Part shown: piece by piece, positions 8,601-16,100 of the stretch
How the letters are laid out: each line of letters begins with the position of its first letter
How positions within the stretch are numbered: position 1 is the first letter of the stretch
From: Acaryochloris thomasi RCC1774
GTDB taxonomy: Bacteria > Cyanobacteriota > Cyanobacteriia > Thermosynechococcales > Thermosynechococcaceae
Assembly (NCBI RefSeq): GCF_003231495.1
Contig: NZ_PQWO01000007.1
Location: 60,001-92,000 of the forward strand
Reading direction: 5' to 3'
DNA length: 32,000 nt
Notes under the pieces: model-generated
Database searches by the model: none
Seen by the model: the letters and a program-made list of their open reading frames with translations, nothing else
What the model was told of the DNA's origin: nothing
Position numbers and translations under genes: made by a program

Positions 8601-9810
8601 GAGCCGGAAGTGGCCGGGGAGCGCGAATTTGGAGGTGGCTCATATTTGGGTGAAAAAGGGAAAGTGGGCAGGCGGCTTTGAGCTGAATGAGAAGTTAGTG
8701 GAGGGGATTACGCCGTTCTTGACGGTTCCGGGGCAGGCGGTGGGCAATCCTGAGCGGTTGGCGGCGAATCAGGAGAAGTCTTTTCAGGGTTCAATCGTTT
8801 TAGGCATGGGTTTTGTTTTAGAGCCAGAAGAGGCTGAGGCGTTGATGGAGAAAGATGCTCGCAACGCGGATGTGTTGTTTCCTTATTTGAATGGACAAGA
8901 CTTGAACTCACACCCGGATCAGTCGCCGAGTCGTTGGGTGATTAATTTCTTTGATTGGCCTTTGGATGCTGAGCATGATGATCTGGAAAAACCGAAGGGG
9001 CCACCCTATGCGGTGGACTATCCTGATTGTTTGGCGATTGTGCGGGAGAAGGTGAAGCCTGAGCGGGATAAGAATAAGCGGAAAGTTCGCCGCGAGAAAT
9101 GGTGGCAATTTGCAGAAAGAGCGGCAGGGCTTTATGGGGCGGTTGAGGGTTGCGATCGCGTTTTGTTAAGAGCGAGAATTTCCAATATCCATTCAGTCAC
9201 ATGGGTGGCTGATAACTGGGTCTATAACGAGAAAGTTGTTGTCTTTCCCAATTCTTCTCTAGCCATTCTTCAATCCAGCATTCATGAGGTATGGGCTAGA
9301 AGATACAGCTCGAGCTTGAGAAAAGATATGCAATATACGCCGTCTGATTGTTTTGAAACCTTCCCCTTTCCCACCCAATACAGCAACCTAGAAGACATTG
9401 GCGAACGCTACTACACCCACCGCCAATCCATCATGCGCACAACCAACCTCGGCCTCACCAAAACCTACAACCGCTTCCACACCCCCGAAGACACCGCCCC
9501 CGACATCACCCAACTCCGCACCCTCCACACCGAAATGGACTCCGCCGTCGCTGCCGCCTACGGCTGGCAAGACTTCGCTCTAAATCACGACTTCCATGAA
9601 ACCAAACAAGGGCTGCGATTTACCATCAGCGAAGCCGCCCGCCGCGAAGTCCTCGATCGCCTGCTGGCGCTGAACCATGAGCGCTATGCAGAAGAAGTAA
9701 AGCTGGGACTGCACGATAAGAAAAAGAAAAAAAGAAAGAGGGCGAAGGCGAAAAAGGCAGCACCTCGCAAAGAAGCACCGCCAGACGATCAGATGAAGCT
9801 GTTCTTGTAG
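5662..9810 (+). CDS. drmMI: DISARM class 1 DrmMI, large N6-adenine DNA methyltransferase (PglX/type IIG-like)
   Basis: SAM motif VCDMAMGSGAFLV. Catalytic motif IVGNPPFQGG (NPPF, N6-adenine class). Helix YGVDKNPLAVEMAKLSLWL. ATG at 5662 (MSTARHHAEWL...) is preferred over the TTG at 5593 given in the ORF track. Lys/Arg-rich C-terminal tail. Confidence 0.85.
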   Translation: MSTARHHAEWLSLVEASGPFVSMPVLLKAFPQGLDAHDPEVMRQVRLAHSEWQASQQGTAPDRGIHGAWVAFVLQEVLGFPESVLLNGQAVPSALAVTVAEQGETLRPDWGVVQENNTRLLVQVYPPGQDLNKAVKGSRWAASAATRMMELLHGTDVRLGLVTNGEHWLLVNAPKGEATGYISWYATLWQEEKLTLRAFRSLLGVERFFGVDESETIEALLAESINSQQEVTDQLGFQVRSAVEVLVQSIDRADQDRNRALLAGLPETTLYEAALTVMMRLVFLFSAEERGLLLLGDPVYDQFYAVSTLREMLREQADQSGEEILERRYDAWCRLLAIFRAVYGGIGHEALRLPAYGGTLFDPDRFAFLEGRAAGSRWQRVEARPIEINNRTVLHLLEALQLLEVQMPGGGGKVSRKISFRALDIEQIGHVYEGLLDHTAVRATEPILGLVGTKNREPEVALGAFDAAQTSGELLKLLKKETGRSESALQKGLGAAAGGTAISQEWSAYELSRLRVACGNDEALYARVLPFAGLLRLDTFGYPVVIAGGSVYVTQGSDRRDTGTHYTPRSLTEEIVKYTLEPLVYVGVAEGKPKERWRLQKASALLSLKVCDMAMGSGAFLVEVCRYLSARLVEAWESAEAQEVRRTGRMPISQEGVGEEGLEVAEKGQEIRVLPDGSLSVGDAAERLLPADPEERLIMARRLVVDRCIYGVDKNPLAVEMAKLSLWLITLQKNKPFTFLDHALRCGDSLVGVSVEQLCYWNMDTYETMPELLASSIRAQVEEVSQMRRQLENISVETTADQAEKERRLGLAQTRVNGLLLGADQLVTSYFVSSKKSRQDDVRQIMLRTYRGEGDVPEALRGVLEKHNVRPFHWELEFPEVFAEGGGFDAIVGNPPFQGGQKITGALGTVYRDFLVRQIAAGVRGSADLCAYFFLRADEELRVDGGMGLIATNTIAQGDTREVGLDQLAAKGRAIPRAVPSRKWPGSANLEVAHIWVKKGKWAGGFELNEKLVEGITPFLTVPGQAVGNPERLAANQEKSFQGSIVLGMGFVLEPEEAEALMEKDARNADVLFPYLNGQDLNSHPDQSPSRWVINFFDWPLDAEHDDLEKPKGPPYAVDYPDCLAIVREKVKPERDKNKRKVRREKWWQFAERAAGLYGAVEGCDRVLLRARISNIHSVTWVADNWVYNEKVVVFPNSSLAILQSSIHEVWARRYSSSLRKDMQYTPSDCFETFPFPTQYSNLEDIGERYYTHRQSIMRTTNLGLTKTYNRFHTPEDTAPDITQLRTLHTEMDSAVAAAYGWQDFALNHDFHETKQGLRFTISEAARREVLDRLLALNHERYAEEVKLGLHDKKKKKRKRAKAKKAAPRKEAPPDDQMKLFL

Positions 9811-9931
9811 AGATTGCTCTAATCAACTCACACACAAGGGGACCGCGAGTGGCTTCTCTGTATAAACAAAAATTTATTTTGCTAGCGGTATCAAATTGGG
9901 GGGCAGGGAGGCGAATGCAGGGAGTGGTAGG

Positions 9932-10279
9932 TCAGAGTTCGATGGTCTGACGCTGCGAATAGATTTCTTTTACCAACAAATCCCGAAGCTCTTCAGCAAT
10001 ATCATTCGGTGGATTACCGGCAAGCGCTCGTCCAATCAAACGCTCTGCCTCTCTAAATGCACCAGATGCGATCGCAAGTGCAGCCGCACTACGATGCAGT
10101 ACCGCGCGAGTCGGCTCAAGGTCAAACTGATCAGCCACCAAATCAGCCGCCGCCCGCTCTTTCTCAAAAGCAGCTCTTGCCAGCTCAACAACGCGGTTTT
10201 TCTCGCCCTGCCGTCTGGCGAGTACCGCCAGATCAACCAGTTCCATCGATTCTTTATGAAGCGTTTCTACGTCCTGCAT
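9932..10279 (-). CDS. Hypothetical all-helical protein, 115 aa, TPR-like feel
   Basis: Its ATG overlaps the end of upstream ORF 10267-10632 by 13 nt. Ala/Glu/Arg/Leu-rich helical sequence (AAALAIASGAFREAERLIGRALAGNPPN). I recognise no family. Confidence 0.55.
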   Translation of the reverse strand: MQDVETLHKESMELVDLAVLARRQGEKNRVVELARAAFEKERAAADLVADQFDLEPTRAVLHRSAAALAIASGAFREAERLIGRALAGNPPNDIAEELRDLLVKEIYSQRQTIEL

Positions 10280-10632
10280 TTTTCAACAACATGCACCCTA
10301 GGCGTACTAAACTCAACCACAGAAACGTAGCCCGGTGCTGCCGTATCCGAAGGGCTAATCTGTCTTAGCTTTATATTAACTCTAGATTGAATAACAGCTT
10401 CAGCACCTCTCCGAATGCCCGAAACCTCTAAGCGAGCCTTCCTCTGAAATCCACCCCCTGCACTATCGATTGACCCAAGCCAAAAGTCAAAGCCAAAGCC
10501 CTTCCCCTTCACCGAACGCTCGATCACAGTGAGGTTCGTCAGGTAAGGCATCACCAACGCTGCAATACCGTAAGCTCCATACTCAGTAGCCACTTCTCGA
10601 TCCGCATTGAACCGCCGCATAATGTCATCCAC
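10267..10632 (-). CDS. Hypothetical protein of 121 aa, with a weak PD-(D/E)xK-like pattern. May be the C-terminal part of a 189-aa gene split by TGA.
   Basis: GTG at 10632-10630 is in frame with, and two codons after, the TGA of ORF 10639-10836. An internal ATG lies at 10620. The pattern EYGAYGIA...GFDFWLG...ARLEVSGIRRG loosely resembles the E...D...ExK nuclease core, with Ser in place of Lys. This is speculative. Confidence 0.5.
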   Translation of the reverse strand: MDDIMRRFNADREVATEYGAYGIAALVMPYLTNLTVIERSVKGKGFGFDFWLGSIDSAGGGFQRKARLEVSGIRRGAEAVIQSRVNIKLRQISPSDTAAPGYVSVVEFSTPRVHVVEKCRT

Positions 10633-10638
10633 CGCATC

Positions 10639-10836
10639 TCATTTCAGCTCAATCTCGCAAGGCTGAATACCTTCAACTTGCAGCACAATCGGCTCTATAT
10701 GCCCCTGTTCATCTAAACAAATAGCAGCCGCCTCAGCACAGGATGCTCCGAAAGTAAGTGACCAGCCAGGACGTTCTGGTTTTGTCTGACACAAATCGTT
10801 CAGGTGAAGTGCGACTACTGACTGACTATCCATCAT
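10639..10836 (-). CDS. Hypothetical 65-aa ORF, possibly the N-terminal part of a gene interrupted by an in-frame TGA
   Basis: ATG start 200 nt from the divergent helicase gene. Ends at TGA 10639-10641, in frame with the next ORF. No family recognised. Confidence 0.4.
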   Translation of the reverse strand: MMDSQSVVALHLNDLCQTKPERPGWSLTFGASCAEAAAICLDEQGHIEPIVLQVEGIQPCEIELK

Positions 10837-10871
10837 TGAATCTATCTTTTACAGTGATTCTGGCCTGACTG

Positions 10872-10894
10872 CTTTGGCATTCTACCTGCCAAAG
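10872..10894. promoter_or_regulatory. Perfect 8-bp inverted repeat CTTTGGCA-N7-TGCCAAAG in a divergent intergenic region, a candidate operator
   Basis: Read directly from the sequence. It lies in the 200-bp gap between minus-strand ORF 10639-10836 and plus-strand gene 11037-13151. A TAAAAT hexamer at 11002-11007 is a possible -10 box for the plus-strand gene. Confidence 0.3.
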
Positions 10895-11036
10895 ACATCC
10901 GCATACAGAGGTGTTGAATGATGTTCCTAAGGTCTCGTTACAATCACGCAACAATCCGCTAATTCTGACCGTAAGCAACGCTGCCTTCTGAGAAATAGCG
11001 CTAAAATGCCAAGGACTTTAGCTATGTAGTCTTTAG

Positions 11037-13151
11037 ATGTCCTTTGAGCTGCTCTACAAGCCCACCTTCACCAACCAGCTCCTCACTATTCCTCAAGATC
11101 GTCTTCGTCAGGTTTTAGAAAAAATTGAACTCCTGCGCGAAAACCCCAAACCCCACGGCAAACTTAAGAAAAAGCTCCACGGCTACAAAGGCAACATTTA
11201 CCGCCTGCGCTCCGGCGATCAGCGCATCATTTACACCTACGGTAACGGCTGGGTTGCTCTCCTTGGGGTAGATGCGCGCAAAGATGTGTACAAAGGCGAT
11301 AAGCTGGTCGCGGGTGAAACCGAGCTAGACACCAGCAGTCTGCCAGACATGCAGGATTTGCTCACGCCAACGCCCGCTCCGCCTACAGCTCAGAGAAAGC
11401 CCACCGTAGAGCAACTTGAAAACTACCTCCCGGTGCAGCTCACGCCAGATTTTCTCAAGCGGCTGCTGGTGCCCGCCCAGTTTTTTGACGCTCTCACCGC
11501 CTGCAAAACCCTCGACCATCTCACCAGCGCTGCCATTCCTGAACCCTTGCGTGAGCGCGTTTTCGATGCCGTCACCACGCCCAACTTCGACCAGGTTCTC
11601 AGCCAGCCCGACCTAATTGCAGGCGCTGATGAACTGCTCAAGTTCAAAGAAGGTAACCTGCTCGGTTTTTTACTGAAGCTCAATCCTGAACAAGAAAAAT
11701 ATGTGACCTGGGCCATTAAGTCCAAAGGCCCTACTCTGCTGAAGGGTGGCCCCGGCACTGGCAAAAGCACCGTCGCCCTCTATCGCGCCCGCGAAGTCCT
11801 CGATCGACTTAAGGCCGAAGGCGTTGCTCGGCCCAAAATCTTGTTCACCACCTATACCAATGCCTTGGTGAAGTTTTCGCAGCAGCTTCTGACCCAGCTT
11901 CTTGGTACAGATGCTAAATTCGTCGATGTCAAAACCGCCGACAAAATCGCCTATGCCCTGGTCGTGAAGGCCACCGGCAAGCCTGCGATCGCCAGCAGTA
12001 CCCAGCAAAAACGACTGCTGAAGTCAGCTCTGGTAGATGCGATCTCATCTCTCCCTGGCAATCGCCTCCAGCAGCAGGCCCAGCGGCTCATTCTTCAGCG
12101 GCTCCATCCCGACTACCTGCTTGAAGAACTCAACAGCGTCATCACGGCCAGAAACCTACAATCCCTGGCCGATTATGAATCCACCTCTCGCAGCGGACGT
12201 CGCGTTCGTCTCAACAAAACCCAGCGGCAAGCCGTCTGGCATTTGCATCAGCACTTTACTCAGCAGCTCAGCGAACAGTCTATAGAAACCTGGCCCCAGT
12301 TGCGCAACCGAGCGCTGAAAATCTTAGCGGCTAGCGATACGCCGCTGGTATACGACGCCGTTATCATCGACGAAGCTCAAGATTTAGAGCCGAATGCGCT
12401 GCGGCTGCTTGCCCAGCTCTGCCGCCAGCCCAATCGCCTCTTCATCACCGCCGATGCCAACCAGTCCATTTACGGTAGTGGATTCCGCTGGGCCGATGTG
12501 AGTGAATCACTGAAGTTTGTGGGGCGTACCGGCATTCTGCGCGTCAACCACCGCACCACCCAAGAAATTGATGCCGCCGCCCATAATTATCTGTACGACG
12601 GCAGCTTAGATAATGAAACTCTGGAGCCACAGTACATTCACAGCGGGCCACCGCCCGCCATTCGTGCAGTGCGCGATCGTGAACAAGAAAGCTACCTGCT
12701 GGCCCAGTTTTGCCGCGCTGCCGCCCGCGAATTTCGCTTGGGCATGGGCGCTTGTGCCATTCTCACCCCCAGCGATAAAGCAGGTAAGGCCCTCGCCGAT
12801 CAGCTCTGCTACCTCGGTGTAGAAAGCCACTTTATGGCCAGCAAAGATCTTGATCTCAACCGCAAAGGGGTGAAGGTGTTGCCACTCAAAGCGGCTAAAG
12901 GATTGGAGTTTCCGATAGTTGCGATCGCAGGCTTCTTTGACGGTGTCTATCCCTACATTCCCAAAGGCACCTCAGACCTCGAAATTCAAGAAATTTTGGC
13001 CCGCGAACGCCGCACCCTCTTTGTGGCCATGACCCGCGCCATGCGAGCGTTACTGGTTGTGGTTCCCGCCGCTCGGCCTCAGCGCAAGCCCAGTCCGTTA
13101 CTACAGTCCTTTGACTCTGACTTTTGGAATTTGGGAAAGACCGACGCATGA
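11037..13151 (+). CDS. Fusion protein: N-terminal RelE/ParE-family toxin-like domain plus SF1 UvrD/Rep-like helicase
   Basis: Residues 1 to about 88 (MSFELLYKPTFTNQL...LRENPKPHGKLKKKLHGYKGNIYRLRSGDQRIIYTYGNGWVALLGVDARKDVYK) match the RelE/ParE toxin pattern. Helicase motifs follow: LLKGGPGTGKST (I), VIIDEAQDL (II), FITADANQSIYG (III), LRVNHRTTQEI (IV), KAAKGLEFPIVAIAG (V), LFVAMTRAMRAL (VI). TGA 13149-13151 overlaps the drmA ATG. Confidence 0.85.
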   Translation: MSFELLYKPTFTNQLLTIPQDRLRQVLEKIELLRENPKPHGKLKKKLHGYKGNIYRLRSGDQRIIYTYGNGWVALLGVDARKDVYKGDKLVAGETELDTSSLPDMQDLLTPTPAPPTAQRKPTVEQLENYLPVQLTPDFLKRLLVPAQFFDALTACKTLDHLTSAAIPEPLRERVFDAVTTPNFDQVLSQPDLIAGADELLKFKEGNLLGFLLKLNPEQEKYVTWAIKSKGPTLLKGGPGTGKSTVALYRAREVLDRLKAEGVARPKILFTTYTNALVKFSQQLLTQLLGTDAKFVDVKTADKIAYALVVKATGKPAIASSTQQKRLLKSALVDAISSLPGNRLQQQAQRLILQRLHPDYLLEELNSVITARNLQSLADYESTSRSGRRVRLNKTQRQAVWHLHQHFTQQLSEQSIETWPQLRNRALKILAASDTPLVYDAVIIDEAQDLEPNALRLLAQLCRQPNRLFITADANQSIYGSGFRWADVSESLKFVGRTGILRVNHRTTQEIDAAAHNYLYDGSLDNETLEPQYIHSGPPPAIRAVRDREQESYLLAQFCRAAAREFRLGMGACAILTPSDKAGKALADQLCYLGVESHFMASKDLDLNRKGVKVLPLKAAKGLEFPIVAIAGFFDGVYPYIPKGTSDLEIQEILARERRTLFVAMTRAMRALLVVVPAARPQRKPSPLLQSFDSDFWNLGKTDA

Positions 13152-16100
13152 ACATCATCCAGCTCCCGGCCCAGCTCCCTGGCGTTCTCAACCTCAGCGC
13201 CGTTAATCAGCAGCTTAGAACCCACGCCGCTCAGCTAGACTGGAGCGCCGTTGTTAACCCTGAAGGGCCGCAGTTGGCTCAGTTGCTCGCGGGGTTAGAT
13301 CTCTCTGACCATGCGGAAAGCTTGGGCTTAGATACAGTTCTGGCAGATGAGCTGGGCGATGCGATCATGGCCTATTTCGACCAGGCCGATCCGCCTCCTG
13401 AACCCCCTAAGAAGAAAGCTACCGCGCCAGGTAGTGCGCTCACGCCAGAAGTCTGGCAGCAGCAGGAGCTATTCGAAGCAGAGCCGCTACAGCTACCCCC
13501 AATTAGAACCGCCTCTCAAGCAGACAAAACAATTGACCTAGATTTCTACGAAGAACAGCCTGCAGAAGCGGTTCCCGATCGCATTTTGCAGGCTTTCACG
13601 CCCTATCAGATTCGGCAGGAGCTTGAAGCTAGGGTCGTCAAAGATCTCTTGGGACCAGCCCAAGGCCCTCAAGAAGAACTTGATGTCGATCGGGTGAGCG
13701 ACCGCTACTTAGTCGGGCTATTGGCCCCTCAAAAGCGAGACCGTGAGGCTCCAATTGACGCTCTTTTAGAACTACAGGATCCACTAGAAGTTGCCGGAAT
13801 AGAAACCATCGAAGACGGCAGCAGCGAACAGACCCGCACCGCCACCAAGACTATCTTTCCCTCTTCTTTGGGGATGACCTTCTGCGTGAGTCACGAAGCT
13901 GAAGCGATTTACGTTATCGCCGGATGGGGCCAATATGAGCGCACTAAAGGCGAATATCAAGAAACCGATAAAGGCAACCCTAAACTAATCTGGAAGCGCT
14001 ACCCCATTCGCAAACAGTCCCCATCCATTCCCCTGCGCGCAGGCACTCTCACGGACTGGCGTATTCATGAAGACTTCGCCGTCTTTGTAAAAGGCAAAAT
14101 TCGCCGCCAGCAAGGCTGTTGGATGATCTCGTTGTTTTTGGTCAATGATCGCACTGAACCCGAAAAGCACGCCGATAGTGCTTGGCTTTTTCAACCTGAG
14201 CTTTCGGTGAAATCGGCAACAGAACAAACAGATATCTTTCTCAAAAAGCCCCATCGCCGCTCTGCTGACCACAAGCTAGATCCGGTTTACTATGGCGAAG
14301 AGCAAATGATGAATATGCTCTATCGTCAGCAGGTCGAGTTTGCCGTTGGTCACGGTGTCGGCGTTCATGCAAGCGTTTTACCAAACGATCCGACTCGGGC
14401 AACTCAGCTCGCAACTACGGTGGTTCCCGTTTCTGAAGTGCCAAAGTCTACGCCGCCCACAGCCGCAGAAGAGCCTGCCTTAAAGGGCTTAGTGCTAGAG
14501 ATGAAAGTGCTTGCGGGGCTAATGCCCGACGCTTTGCCCGATCAGCTAGCGGCTTTGCCGATGGCCTATGAGCAATGGATACAGGGGCAGCGTGATCGCT
14601 TAACGGACCCTGATGAGGGATTAGAAGACTATCAAAGCAGTGCGCATGAGGCGCTGGAAAAGTGCGATCGCGCCCTGGCTCGTATCCGGGCAGGCATCGA
14701 AACCCTACGCACTAACCCCCAAGCCGCTCGCGCCTTTCTGTTTATGAACCGGGCCATGTATCTGCAGCGAGTGCGCTCTATTTATTCCAGCAAAAAAAGG
14801 CGTGGGGAGGCGATCAACCTAGATGCCATAGATTCGCCGAAGTGGTACCCCTTTCAGCTCGCCTTTATTCTGTTGAACTTGCCGAGCACCACCGATCTGA
14901 CGCATCGCGATCGCTGCCATCCGACTGAAGCTATGTCAGACCTGCTTTGGTTCCCGACAGGCGGTGGTAAAACCGAAGCTTATCTTGGCCTTGCAGCCTA
15001 CACTATTGGTCTTCGCAGGCTTCAGGGCACCATCGCCGGACGTTCAGGGGCCGCAGGAGTTGCCGTGCTCATGCGCTACACCCTCAGGCTGCTCACCTTA
15101 CAGCAGTTCCAGCGAGCCACCGTCCTCATCTGTGCCTGTGAGGTGATCCGCCGTGAAGACGTAGAAACCTGGGGTGAAGAGCCTTTTCGCATTGGCCTGT
15201 GGGTAGGGATGAAAACTACTCCAAACCGAACGCAAGACAGCGAGGCTTACGTCGAAGCGCTCAAGGCTCGCAGCCTGCCACCCAGTGGTGGCTCCCCCCA
15301 TCAGCTCACGAGCTGCCCCTGGTGCGGAACCGAGATTGATGAAGGCAGACACATCAGCGTGAGTTCCTTCAAAAAAGGTAAAGCCCGCACCCTCGTTCAC
15401 TGTGGCGATATCCTTGGGCACTGTCCCTTCAGCCGCAAGCAAGCTAAAGAAGAAGGTCTGCCGGTCGTAGTCGTCGATGAAGAGATTTACCGGCGGCTGC
15501 CGATCCTGCTGATTGCCACCGTTGATAAGTTTGCTCAAATGCCCTGGAAAGGTGAAACGCAGATGCTCTTTGGACGGGTGAATGGGTATTGCGATCGCCA
15601 CGGTTATCGCTCTCCTGAAATTGAAGATAGCGACAGCCATCCAGCTAAATATGGCTTGCCCAAAGCCATGACTAAATCAATCAACAATCTTCGCCCGCCC
15701 GATCTGATTATTCAAGATGAATTGCACTTGATTAGTGGCCCCTTGGGCACCCTCGTTGGCCTATACGAAACCGCCATCGACCAGCTCGCTTCCTGGGAAA
15801 TAGACGGCAAAACAGTCCGGCCCAAGGTAATTGCCTCCACTGCAACGATTCGGCAGGCACAGTCTCAGATGCACGATCTCTTTTTGCGAAAAGTAGACGT
15901 GTTCCCACCTCAGGGGTTAGACATTAGCGACAACTTTTTCTCTCGCCAGCGCTCCCCCGGTGAAGACTACCCCGGCAGAAGGTATTTAGGGATTTGTGCC
16001 ACAGGACGCCGCCTAAAAGCCGCCACTATCCGCGTCTATACCGCGATACTTGCCGCCTCCCAAGATATGTTTGAGCGAGCCGGTGACAAGGCCGATCCGT

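Noticed and set aside
9718-9745. A-rich tract AAGAAAAAGAAAAAAAGAAAG as a programmed frameshift or slippage site
   Set aside because: The zero frame continues to a sensible C-terminus. The alternative frames give no extended ORF. The tract is simply explained by consecutive Lys/Arg codons.
9896-10368. Plus-strand ORFs of 144 aa and 103 aa overlapping the minus-strand small-ORF trio
   Set aside because: The minus-strand ORFs tile the interval with coupled start and stop junctions and have protein-like composition. The plus-strand products are Ser/Arg/Cys/Pro-rich and begin in the middle of the convergent intergenic region. Confidence in the minus-strand models is nevertheless only moderate.
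10639-10641. In-frame TGA as selenocysteine or programmed readthrough
   Set aside because: I see no SECIS-like hairpin immediately downstream, and there is no other hint of selenoprotein machinery. A nonsense mutation or two genuinely separate ORFs are simpler explanations. Kept as an open point in the findings.
11325-12008. Minus-strand ORFs of 64-115 aa inside the RelE-helicase gene
   Set aside because: They are antisense to a gene with a complete SF1 motif set. Their sequences are low-complexity, so they are shadow ORFs.
15098-15640. 180-aa minus-strand ORF inside drmA
   Set aside because: It is antisense to the helicase core region, whose motifs are unambiguous. It has no recognisable domain and is best explained as a shadow ORF.
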